This document shows, in pieces, positions 8,668 through 17,121 of a stretch of 64,000 bases of DNA. The stretch is from Ignavibacteria bacterium. Its GTDB lineage: Bacteria > Bacteroidota > Ignavibacteria > UBA10030 > SZUA-254. Numbering within the stretch: the stretch's first letter is position 1; each line of letters begins with the position of its first letter. The position numbers were made by a program, and so were the translations under genes. The stretch lies in assembly GCA_003235555.1 (NCBI GenBank), contig QJVY01000092.1, forward strand, positions 17,257 through 81,256, given 5' to 3'. The notes beneath the pieces are model-generated. The model was given only the letters and a program-made list of their open reading frames with translations, was not told the DNA's origin and searched no databases.

Positions 8668-9807
8668 CTACCTGCCCGAATGACAGAGTATGCACGTCGG
8701 GTCCTGTCCCTCGACGTCGTGGCACGACACGCACGATTCGATGTCGCGGCGTCCCATCTGCGCGTGCCTCCCGCCTCCCGAACCGGAGGCGATCATGACC
8801 CATCCGGCTTCGAAATGGGACTGCGGTTTGATCTTTCCCTCCGTCAGGATGCCGCCGTTCTGGTGGCAATCGGCGCAGAAGGCCTGACGATCGTGGCAGC
8901 CGGAGCAATCGATCATCCTGTTGCGGGCGTCGACCGGGTGCGTGAACCGGTAGTTCAGGTCGTGCGCCGCCTGGAGGCGGAGTTCGTCGGGCGAGTCCTT
9001 CAGGGACTGCCGGGCTCCGGGGACGGTCATCAGTCCCCTCGTCCCGCCGAAGCCCCTCAACTGGTCCCCGGTATGGCAGTCCTGGCAGAAACTTTCGGTG
9101 TGGCATGTCGAACAGGTGACGTCCATCGAGCCGAGGCGGACGGCCCTGTCGTGTTCCTTCGCGAACCCCGAGACGAGATGATTTTCGGGGATGAGGTTCG
9201 TGAAGTTCGAGTGGCACGTCTCGCAGTTCACCGACACCTGCTTTGCGGAATGGCAATCGACGCACATCGCCATCGCCGGCATGTGCGATTCTGTGCCACC
9301 CGTTCCGGAATGTGTCATTGCGCCCCCGGCGTCCCCGCCCTCACCACCATTCCCGGTGTCGACCGGGGGGAGGCCGCCGTGGCAGGTTTCGCAGGCTATG
9401 CCGCCGGTGGTCGCGTGTTTCTTGTGTGAAAAAATGAGATCCCGGGAGGGAAGGACCATGGGTTCGATCGCGTCGGGGTTCGTGTGGCAGTAGGAGCAGT
9501 CGTTCTCTATCGCCTCCCCGTGGCATGTTTCGCAGCTCTGGTGGTCCGGGATCAGCCTGTCCAGGGAGGATTCACTTTCGGGGGCGGCTGTGTGGCAGTC
9601 GGCGCAGGCGATTTCCCTCTCGACCACGTGGTTCTCATGTGAGAACATGACGCTCTTCCCGGGCTGCTGCTGTCCGGTTCTGTCCTGTGCGGCGGGTGTG
9701 GCGGCCGCGGACGGTTGTTTCATACCGGTGGCGACGAACAATATGGCAAGCGCGGAAACCGTGATGACGGCCGCGGTGTTCATGGTTTTTCTCATCCCGG
9801 GCGTCAT
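8668..9807 (-). CDS. Periplasmic dodecaheme cytochrome c.
   Basis: N-terminal signal peptide and twelve CxxCH motifs in 379 aa (CADCH, CETCH, CSYCH, CETCH, CVDCH, CETCH, CSTCH, CQDCH, CSGCH, CADCH, CVSCH, CILCH). Its start overlaps the upstream porin gene stop by 4 nt. Confidence 0.85.
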   Translation of the reverse strand: MTPGMRKTMNTAAVITVSALAILFVATGMKQPSAAATPAAQDRTGQQQPGKSVMFSHENHVVEREIACADCHTAAPESESSLDRLIPDHQSCETCHGEAIENDCSYCHTNPDAIEPMVLPSRDLIFSHKKHATTGGIACETCHGGLPPVDTGNGGEGGDAGGAMTHSGTGGTESHMPAMAMCVDCHSAKQVSVNCETCHSNFTNLIPENHLVSGFAKEHDRAVRLGSMDVTCSTCHTESFCQDCHTGDQLRGFGGTRGLMTVPGARQSLKDSPDELRLQAAHDLNYRFTHPVDARNRMIDCSGCHDRQAFCADCHQNGGILTEGKIKPQSHFEAGWVMIASGSGGGRHAQMGRRDIESCVSCHDVEGQDPTCILCHSGR

Positions 9808-11093
9808 AGTAATCCGAGCTGGTGGTGGAACCAGTAACTGACCTTCAGGAACCCCCGCAGGTCGCTGTCCATGAACCTGTTGTTCAGCATCTGGACCTGG
9901 ACATCGAAAGAGAAATGGTCGGCGGGCCTGACCACCGCCCCGAGAGATCCGGCGAACATCGTCTCATCCGGCGACCCCGCCTCGAGCCGGTAACTCGAGT
10001 AGGAAATTGCCGCGGTGGGAACGAGTTTTCTCTCGAGGAGGGGATACATCCCCTGGAGGTAGAACGAGCTCAGCTCTCCGGCGTAACCGTTGGACCCGCT
10101 GTAACTGACGGTGAAATACGTCGTGGTCAACCCCGCCGAGAGCCGGCGGCTGAGGTCTCCATCGTACCCCACGTACGCGAACCGCGCGGAGGCCCGGAGG
10201 GTGCGGGTGAACGCGTACTCCACGCCCCCCTCGTATTCCCGGACCGGCGACAGGGGAAACATGGTGAAAAACGAATTGTAGGGAACCGCGGGTTCGCGGT
10301 AGATGAAGTTCGCGAGGAAGGTGAACTGCGCGGTGATCGCGGCCCGGGCGTTGAGTTCGCCCCTGCGGGTCCGCTCGAGGTTCAGGTCGTAGTCGTAGCG
10401 GCCGTAGAACGATGTCCCGCTCCCCGCGTCGTGGGACGCGTCCACCCCGAACAGTTGCGTCGCCCTCGATCCCGGAGAAATCAGCACCATGACCGGGTTG
10501 AAGAGGGAATCCGCCCGGAGGGTTTCGTATTCCTGCCGTTCGATCCTGCGGTTCACGTAGCTCACGCCGAGGCGGGTACCCGGTGCGATTTCTCCCACCG
10601 CCTGCGCCCCGAGCAGAAAATTTTTGTCCAGGTCGCGGTTATGGTCGTAGACAAGGGAGCCCGGCACGTTCGACCCGCCGTATACTGAAAACGACAATTT
10701 GTTTTCGGCCGCCCTGATTTTGACGAAGCCGCCATCCACACCTCCGACACCCACGCCCGCGAAGACCGGCACCCGGCCAAGCCGGAGTTCAAACGTCCGA
10801 TCGCCGTTGCGATACTTCGCGAAGAGGTTCCGGACACGGAGCTCCGCCCCGTCGCCGATCGACTCGGAGAGGGACGCGGTCCCGAAGACCGACGTGGAGA
10901 GCGTGAAGTTCCCCTGGTTGACGTCCACCTGGAAATTCTGCATTCCCAGGAGAACGTTGCCGGAAGCGCCGACGGTGTCGAATTTTTCCCAGCCGTAGAG
11001 CGATGTGGAGAAGCGTCCGTTGATTTCCTGGGCGGCCGCGGGGAGGGCGAGCAGCACGATCCCGGCGACGAACGTCCGGAGTGCGGTGCGCAT
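9804..11093 (-). CDS. Outer-membrane beta-barrel protein, the putative porin of a porin-cytochrome conduit.
   Basis: Signal peptide MRTALRTFVAGIVLLALPAAAQE. Alternating hydrophobic beta-strand pattern throughout, with an aromatic C-terminal region (KVSYWF). No cofactor motifs. Start taken at the in-frame Met (11093); the ORF track extends to 11123. Confidence 0.55.
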   Translation of the reverse strand: MRTALRTFVAGIVLLALPAAAQEINGRFSTSLYGWEKFDTVGASGNVLLGMQNFQVDVNQGNFTLSTSVFGTASLSESIGDGAELRVRNLFAKYRNGDRTFELRLGRVPVFAGVGVGGVDGGFVKIRAAENKLSFSVYGGSNVPGSLVYDHNRDLDKNFLLGAQAVGEIAPGTRLGVSYVNRRIERQEYETLRADSLFNPVMVLISPGSRATQLFGVDASHDAGSGTSFYGRYDYDLNLERTRRGELNARAAITAQFTFLANFIYREPAVPYNSFFTMFPLSPVREYEGGVEYAFTRTLRASARFAYVGYDGDLSRRLSAGLTTTYFTVSYSGSNGYAGELSSFYLQGMYPLLERKLVPTAAISYSSYRLEAGSPDETMFAGSLGAVVRPADHFSFDVQVQMLNNRFMDSDLRGFLKVSYWFHHQLGLL

Positions 11094-11323
11094 GCTGGCC
11101 CCTGTGAGGGGGAATGCAATCATGAGAATGCTTTAGAAGTCCGATCGCCGAATTGGTGGTGTGACACTACCCTTACGATCATCCGAAGTGAATATCCGCA
11201 AAAAAACAAAAAGATACAATGGAAGTATTGAAGATTTTTACACTGTGCCGGGACGGATTATCGAAAATCCGACCACTTCGGTCGGAGAATAAACCTCCGG
11301 CGATATCCTTCCTCCCGGGGGTA

Positions 11324-11377
11324 GAAATAAAAATCGGACGCGCGAGGGGAGGGCCTCTTCCTCCGGAACGCGCGTCC
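11324..11377 (-). terminator. Rho-independent terminator of the first T9SS cytochrome gene.
   Basis: Minus-sense GGACGCGCG-(24 nt)-CGCGCGUCC, a 9-bp perfect GC stem, followed by GAUUUUUAUUUC. Confidence 0.6.
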
Positions 11378-11468
11378 GATCATCCACCAGTGTACAGATT
11401 CAAGACCGACTGCAGAGTATCGGCCTGTACGGGCCCCGGAAACCCGGGGCCCGCCGGTCCGTTTAAGA

Positions 11469-13586
11469 CTATTTCAGCAGGATCATTTTCTTCACGGAAC
11501 TGAACTCCGCGGTCTGCATCCGGTAGATATAGATACCACCGGCAACATCCTTTCCCGACCCGTCCCTGCCGTCCCAGGAGACCTGGTACACGCCCGGAGC
11601 GTAAGTCCCGTCCATGAGCGTTGCGACCCTGGCACCGAGGACGTTGAAGACTTCCACCCTCACTTCGCCGCTCTTCACCATCCCCACCTTAAAGGTTGTC
11701 GTCGGGTTGAAGGGGTTCGGGTAGTTCTGCGTCAGGACGTATTCCGCGGGTAGCGGTTCGTTCCCGGAGAAATCGATCCCGGTCAACTGGTTCACCGTTG
11801 TCTGCAGGAGTCCGATCACGTATTTGGGATTGTGGGCTCCATGGCTGTGGTCCTCCACGACGTAGAGGTAGTTCCAGTAGACCTGTTTGAGGAAGACGGA
11901 ATCCGGCTCCTCACCGATCAGCGCCCGCGTGATATCGGTGCTGCCGAAGGGGGGAAGCTGCATCGCGATCATGTCGAGGAGCCCATCCACCTCGTGCATG
12001 AACGGTTCGAGCGTTCCGTCCTTGTCGTAGTCGACCGCCGCGACGATATCCGAGAACTCGGTGATCCCCGTGTGGCATTCCACGCACTTGGTCACGTTGT
12101 TGTACTCGACGGAATCCGGGCCCTCGTACTCCATGTTCCAGCTGTGACCGCCGATCTGGTCGCGTGCGACGCTGCCGGTGTCGGGCGTCGGAGACATGTG
12201 ACACCCCACGCAGAGATCATCCACGAGCCGGTGGCCGATGCTGATGGGGATCTCCTGGCCGAAGGTATACCCGTTCTGGCCGAGGAAAACATCGGTCGCG
12301 CCGCGATGGTGCGGCCCCCTGAAACTGGACGCCCGCGTGTTGGGGATGTACGATTCGGGTTCGCGACGATATTTATGACAGTTGGTGCAGAGTTTCCCCT
12401 TCCCGAAGAAAGTCTCGCCGGCATAGGAATAGCCGTTCGCGAGGGTGTCGCTCCCCGGGGGTGTGACCCGGAGTTCGGTCGAGTGGGGATTGTGGCAGGT
12501 CTGACAGGTCATTTCGGAACGTGTCAGTTTGCTGTATCCCGACGATATCCTGTTGTCGAAAGGTTCGCCCTTGGTGAAAGCGACGAATCCCCCGCCGTCG
12601 TGGCAGCGGATACAGGCATCCAGCGTGTAGTTTGTGACGAGCGTGTCCGCGTCGGAGTCGTAACTTCCCGACCACGGTGGGTTGGCATGGCCGGAATTCG
12701 ACCACATCGAATAGAAATTGTGCCGCCACGGTTCATCGTGGCATTGTCCGCACATTTCCGCTTTCATGGTCTTCGGCTGGGTGCCGGGACCGGCATGCGC
12801 CGGATTTTTCGGGCCGTGGCATTGCTCGCATCCGATCCCTGAAAGAAGGGTCATCGTTTTTTTGTCGGTTGTGAGCAGGGAATCGTAGAGACCCGGCCTC
12901 CAGGGCATCCACTGCGTGTCCACGAATCCGACCGCCTGTTGGACTTCATCGAATCCGCCGTTATTGGCGCTGAGGTTGAACCCCGTCGTATGGCATTTGA
13001 AACAGGCCTGACCCCAGTACGAGCCGTTGTCGCCGTTCATGCCCTTCTCGAATTTCTTTGCGTGCCCCGATTCCGACCATGCGGCGTACACCTCTGGCTT
13101 CACCGACGAGTGGCACGTCTTGCAGTTGAATGCGCCCCCGCCCACGTCGTGGCGGTCGACGCCGATGAAATTCGCGGCGACGATGTTCACCGACGTGTCA
13201 ACTCCGCCGATCGTCAACCGGACACTGTAGGTACCGGCAGAATCGGTGTGCAATGTCGTCCACTGTGTGGTCGTGGAATCCAAAACGGCTGCGGAACCCG
13301 CCGGTTTCGAGAGGAGCTCCCAGAGGTAATCCGCTCCCGGGGCGTAGTTCTGTCCGTCGGAAACGTCCCACCCCGAGAGGAAGACACGCGTTCCCTTCCC
13401 CACAAGTGGGAGACCGGTGGTCACGTTGTCATGCTCGTTGGGGTTTTCGAAACCCATCTCGCCGAGCCGATGGGGGCTCATCGGTTCGATCTTGATTGCC
13501 GTCGCAGTCGTCTGCGCGGACACCCCGCCGACGGCCAGGAACAGAAAGAGAATGGAAAGGGTGGAAAACAGTATCATTTTAGCCAT
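11469..13586 (-). CDS. Extracellular nine-heme c-type cytochrome with a T9SS (Por) C-terminal sorting domain; paralog 1.
   Basis: Signal peptide. CxxCH motifs CKTCH, CFKCH, CEQCH, CGQCH, CIRCH, CQTCH, CTNCH, CVGCH and CVECH. The C-terminus ...LTQNYPNPFNPTTTFKV...IYIYRMQTAEFSSVKKMILLK is a Por_Secre_tail-type CTD. Confidence 0.85.
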   Translation of the reverse strand: MAKMILFSTLSILFLFLAVGGVSAQTTATAIKIEPMSPHRLGEMGFENPNEHDNVTTGLPLVGKGTRVFLSGWDVSDGQNYAPGADYLWELLSKPAGSAAVLDSTTTQWTTLHTDSAGTYSVRLTIGGVDTSVNIVAANFIGVDRHDVGGGAFNCKTCHSSVKPEVYAAWSESGHAKKFEKGMNGDNGSYWGQACFKCHTTGFNLSANNGGFDEVQQAVGFVDTQWMPWRPGLYDSLLTTDKKTMTLLSGIGCEQCHGPKNPAHAGPGTQPKTMKAEMCGQCHDEPWRHNFYSMWSNSGHANPPWSGSYDSDADTLVTNYTLDACIRCHDGGGFVAFTKGEPFDNRISSGYSKLTRSEMTCQTCHNPHSTELRVTPPGSDTLANGYSYAGETFFGKGKLCTNCHKYRREPESYIPNTRASSFRGPHHRGATDVFLGQNGYTFGQEIPISIGHRLVDDLCVGCHMSPTPDTGSVARDQIGGHSWNMEYEGPDSVEYNNVTKCVECHTGITEFSDIVAAVDYDKDGTLEPFMHEVDGLLDMIAMQLPPFGSTDITRALIGEEPDSVFLKQVYWNYLYVVEDHSHGAHNPKYVIGLLQTTVNQLTGIDFSGNEPLPAEYVLTQNYPNPFNPTTTFKVGMVKSGEVRVEVFNVLGARVATLMDGTYAPGVYQVSWDGRDGSGKDVAGGIYIYRMQTAEFSSVKKMILLK

Positions 13587-13647
13587 TGGTGGTACCTTCT
13601 GATTATGATTCCGATGGATGATAACGTGATGATTTTGACCACACTAC

Positions 13648-13663
13648 CGCAAAAATCATGCCG
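13648..13663 (-). promoter_or_regulatory. Sigma-54 (-24/-12)-type promoter candidate for paralog 1.
   Basis: Minus-sense CGGCATgatttTTGCG, with GG and GC separated by 10 nt, about 62-77 nt upstream of the start at 13586. Confidence 0.4.
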
Positions 13664-13811
13664 TTGAAAATTTCAACACTTTTGGGGAAATTGGCGAGTT
13701 TTTATACTCTGAAAAGGGGGGAATTTCTCAAATCTGAGGAGTTGGGTGTGTTAACCCTCTGATGCACGGATCGGGGCGGAAGGACCCCCTTTCGGGGATA
13801 TCATGGGTGGA

Positions 13812-13862
13812 GACAAAAATCGGACGCGTGAAAGAGGGACTTCTCCTCCGCAACGCGCGTCC
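13812..13862 (-). terminator. Rho-independent terminator of the second T9SS cytochrome gene; a duplicated copy of the 11324-11377 element.
   Basis: Minus-sense GGACGCGCG...CACGCGUCC stem (1 mismatch) followed by GAUUUUUGUC. About 75 nt of flanking sequence is shared with the paralog-1 terminator. Confidence 0.5.
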
Positions 13863-13952
13863 GATCATCCACCAACGTACAAATATCTTATTTGACCGGA
13901 GAGTGCCGGCCCCGAGGGCCCCGCGTTCGCGGGGCCCTCGGCCCGATTACAA

Positions 13953-16052
13953 TCATTTCAGCAGGATCATCTTCTTCACGGAGCTGAATTCCGCGGTCTT
14001 CATCCGGTAGATATAGATGCCGCCCGCCGCATCCTTTCCGGAGACATCCTTGCCGTCCCACGTTACCTGGTAGACGCCGGGAGGATAGGTCCCCTCCATG
14101 AGTGTCGCAACCCGGGCGCCCAGGACGTTGAACACCTCAACCGTGACCTCTCCCCCCTTCGCCATCCCCACTTTCATGGTCGTGGTCGGGTTGAAGGGGT
14201 TCGGGTAGTTCTGCGTCAGGATATACTCCGACGGAACCGGCTCGTGGCCGCTGAAATCCACGCCCGTGAGGTTGCTGAGGGTCACCTGGAGCAAACCGAT
14301 GATATATTTCGGGTTGTGCGCCCCCTTGCTGTTGTCTTCCTTCACGTACGCGTAGTTGTAGTAGACCGCTTTCATCCGCGCGGAATCGGGATCCGCTTCG
14401 ATCAGGGCGAAATCGATGTCCGTGCTTCCGAACGGCGGCAGCCCCAGCTCCACCATTTCGAGGAGGCCTTCGACTTCCATCTGGAAGGGTTCGGTGGTGC
14501 CGTCCATGTCGTAGTCGAAGCCCGCGACGATATCGCTGAACTTGGTGATACCGGTATGGCACTCGACGCACTTGGTGATGTTGTCGTACTCGACTCCACC
14601 TTCGACATACTTCTGCGTCCAGCTGTGGCCGCCGATCTTGTCGCGGGCCACGGTGCCGGTATCCGCCGTCGCCGACATGTGGCAACCGACGCAGAGGTCG
14701 TCCACCAGCCTGTGGCCGATGCTGTTGGTCAGCGTCTGGCCGAAGGTGTAACCATTCTGCCCGAGGATAACGTCGGCCGCGCCCCGGTGGTGCGGACCGA
14801 AGTGGCTGGAGAGGCGCCCGAGGACGTATGTTTCAGCGTCCCTCCGGTATTTATGGCAGTTGACGCAGATCTTGCCCTTGCCGAAGTTGAACGCCGAGTA
14901 GTCGTACCCGTTGCCCAGAGTATCGCTGGCGGCGGGGGCAACTCTCAACGAAGCATCGTGCGGATCATGGCATGTCTGGCAGTTGATCTTCGTGTGCGTC
15001 AGTTCGCCATATCCCGACGAAATCCGGTTGTCGAAGGGTTCGCCCTTCGTGAACGCCACGAAACCCGCGCCGTCGTGACAGCGGATGCAGGTGCTCAGGC
15101 CGTATTCGGTGACCGGGTTGGCGCCGTCGCTGTCGAAACTACCCGACCAGACCGCCTCGGCGTGGACCGAGTTTTCGAATTCGGAGACCTTGTTGTGCCG
15201 CCACGGTTCGTCGTGGCACTGTGCACAGAGAAGGAAGTCCATCGATTTGGGCTGCGTCCCGGCTCCCGCGTGCGCGGGGTTTTTCGGACCGTGGCAGTTT
15301 TCACAGCCGATACCGGCGACCATGCTCAGCTTGGCCTGGGGGGTGGTGAGCAACGAATCATAGAGGCCGGCCCTCCAGGGTGTCCACTCGGTGTCCACGA
15401 ATCCGAGCGCCTGGGCGACGTCGTCGAACCCGCCGTTGTTCGCGAACTCGTTGTAACCGACCGTGTGGCATCCCCAGCAGGACGGACCCCAGTGGTCGCC
15501 CCACACGTTGTTCAATCCGTTCTCCCACATCATCGCGTGCCCGGAACCGCTCCACTTGCTGACGATCTCGGGGGTGGCCCCGTTGTGGCATGTGAGGCAG
15601 TTGAACGCCCCGCCGCCCACGTTGTTCCTGTCGGCTCCGATGTAGTTGGCCGCAATGATATTGATGCTCGTGTCCTTGCCGCCGATCGTCAGTTTCACGG
15701 TGTAGGTTCCGGCCGAATCGGTATGCAGTGAGGTCCATTGCATCGTGGTCGAATCGAGTATCGCCGCCGAGTTCGCCGGCCGCGCGGTCAGCTCCCAGAG
15801 GTAATCTGCCCCCGGCAGGAACTCATCACTACTGACGTCCCAGCCCGAGAGGTACACCCAGGTGCCTTTTCCCACGACGGGCAGGCCCGACGTCGTGTTA
15901 CCGGCGCCGTTGGCGGATTCGAACCCCATCGTCTCGAGACTATGAGGGGTCAGCGCCTCGATCCTGATGGCAGTCCGCTGGGCGAAGAGATCTCCCCCGG
16001 TTGCGACCAGGATACACATCATGATTACCGCAAACAGTATCGATTTTTTCAT
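13953..16052 (-). CDS. Extracellular nine-heme c-type cytochrome with T9SS C-terminal sorting domain; paralog 2.
   Basis: 699 aa, collinear with 11469-13586. Nine CxxCH motifs. The CTD ...LTQNYPNPFNPTTTMKV...KKMILLK is near-identical to that of paralog 1. Confidence 0.85.
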   Translation of the reverse strand: MKKSILFAVIMMCILVATGGDLFAQRTAIRIEALTPHSLETMGFESANGAGNTTSGLPVVGKGTWVYLSGWDVSSDEFLPGADYLWELTARPANSAAILDSTTMQWTSLHTDSAGTYTVKLTIGGKDTSINIIAANYIGADRNNVGGGAFNCLTCHNGATPEIVSKWSGSGHAMMWENGLNNVWGDHWGPSCWGCHTVGYNEFANNGGFDDVAQALGFVDTEWTPWRAGLYDSLLTTPQAKLSMVAGIGCENCHGPKNPAHAGAGTQPKSMDFLLCAQCHDEPWRHNKVSEFENSVHAEAVWSGSFDSDGANPVTEYGLSTCIRCHDGAGFVAFTKGEPFDNRISSGYGELTHTKINCQTCHDPHDASLRVAPAASDTLGNGYDYSAFNFGKGKICVNCHKYRRDAETYVLGRLSSHFGPHHRGAADVILGQNGYTFGQTLTNSIGHRLVDDLCVGCHMSATADTGTVARDKIGGHSWTQKYVEGGVEYDNITKCVECHTGITKFSDIVAGFDYDMDGTTEPFQMEVEGLLEMVELGLPPFGSTDIDFALIEADPDSARMKAVYYNYAYVKEDNSKGAHNPKYIIGLLQVTLSNLTGVDFSGHEPVPSEYILTQNYPNPFNPTTTMKVGMAKGGEVTVEVFNVLGARVATLMEGTYPPGVYQVTWDGKDVSGKDAAGGIYIYRMKTAEFSSVKKMILLK

Positions 16053-16117
16053 ATGAGTGTCCTGTCTAGTTACAGTGAATGGTGAATTTTCGATCGAGTG
16101 TGTTTATCACCAAAAGG

Positions 16118-16132
16118 GCAAGAATTATGCCA
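16118..16132 (-). promoter_or_regulatory. Sigma-54-type promoter candidate for paralog 2.
   Basis: Minus-sense TGGCATaattcTTGC, 66-80 nt upstream of the start at 16052. This is the same spacing as the paralog-1 motif. Confidence 0.45.
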
Positions 16133-16329
16133 CGGTGACGGCCTGTACAAAAAATGTTTGGGGAGCTGAATTACGGTGGAAGGATGCCGGGGAGAAGAAA
16201 GTGATCAATACACCGCCGGATCGGTGTCGAAATTTTCAACAACCTCTGGATGAAGGGAAGTCCCCCACTCTCGGGGGGAATCCTGTTCTCACACCTGAAA
16301 GGGGGTGGGGGTAATGGGTTAAAATCCCC

Positions 16330-16368
16330 AAAAAAAACCCGGTATGGATGCCGAACATCCATACCGGG
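16330..16368 (-). terminator. Rho-independent terminator of the tetraheme cytochrome gene.
   Basis: Minus-sense CCCGGTATGGATG-uucgg-CAUCCAUACCGGG, a 13-bp perfect stem, followed by UUUUUUUUGGGG, starting 26 nt after the stop. Confidence 0.75.
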
Positions 16369-16393
16369 AACAGGTACGAAGGGATCGTCCCCT

Positions 16394-16936
16394 TTATTTC
16401 TTCGGAACCCGGTGCTCGATCTGCGGCCACATCTTGGCGTATTCGAATTTCTTCGCCGTCGGGCTCTTCTCGTTGTGGCATGTGACACAGAGCGCCGTGA
16501 TCGCCTTCTCGTCCTCGTACATCAACAGGCCGGCTTTTTCGGCTTTCTTCGCGTCCTTCATCGTCGCCATGTTCTTGTATCCAGATCCTGCACCGTGGCA
16601 CGATTCACACTGTACACCGTCCTTGACGTCGAATTTCTTGTCGAGCAGTTTGGCATCGGCGGTGATCGTGTGGCATCCCAGACACTCGGGTGTTTCAACG
16701 GCCTTCGTCTTGAATCCCTTCTTGGTGGCGATGGCGTCCGCTTCCTTCGTCAGGAGCACACTGTAGGCCTCGGAGTGTTTGCTCTTCGACCAGATCTCGA
16801 ATTGTTTACCCTGCTTTTCAGTATTGTGGCACATCTTGCACGTCGTCGTGCCCACGTATGTGTTCTGGGCGCTCGTGAGGGATGACAACACGAAGATGAG
16901 GCCGGCCAGGAGGGCGATGATTGTGAATCTGCTCAT
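16394..16936 (-). CDS. Periplasmic tetraheme c-type cytochrome.
   Basis: Signal peptide MSRFTIIALLAGLIFVLSSLTSAQ. CKMCH, CLGCH, CESCH and CVTCH in 180 aa. Confidence 0.8.
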   Translation of the reverse strand: MSRFTIIALLAGLIFVLSSLTSAQNTYVGTTTCKMCHNTEKQGKQFEIWSKSKHSEAYSVLLTKEADAIATKKGFKTKAVETPECLGCHTITADAKLLDKKFDVKDGVQCESCHGAGSGYKNMATMKDAKKAEKAGLLMYEDEKAITALCVTCHNEKSPTAKKFEYAKMWPQIEHRVPKK

Positions 16937-17049
16937 GGGGATCTCTCTTTCTTGTGTGAATTGGAGGTTTATGTAAAAGACTCTCGTACCGTGGATAAAT
17001 TTATGGTTTTTTCAGCTCATTTTCCTCAATCAAACCTACCAACTAATAC

Positions 17050-17065
17050 TGCATATTTCGTGCCA
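17050..17065 (-). promoter_or_regulatory. Sigma-54 promoter, near consensus, for the tetraheme cytochrome.
   Basis: Minus-sense TGGCACgaaatATGCA (GG-N10-GC), about 115 nt upstream of the ATG at 16936, in an AT-rich intergenic region. Confidence 0.5.
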
Positions 17066-17121
17066 TTACCATCAATATGAAAAAGGCACGAATTTAACCG
17101 TTTTTCAAAATTTTCACTCGC

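Noticed and set aside
8629-9429. 266-aa plus-strand ORF antisense to the dodecaheme cytochrome gene.
   Set aside because: No motifs. Low-complexity composition. The opposite strand encodes twelve CxxCH motifs.
11124-11320. Promoter for the porin-cytochrome operon.
   Set aside because: Only a weak TTGTAT-N17-GATATT / Bacteroidetes-like TTTG motif was found. No sigma-54 match with correct GG-N10-GC spacing (CGGCACagtgtAAAAA fails at -12). Left uncalled.
14244-15731. 495-aa plus-strand ORF inside the paralog-2 cytochrome gene.
   Set aside because: Antisense artefact. Arg/Val/Gly-rich, no domains.
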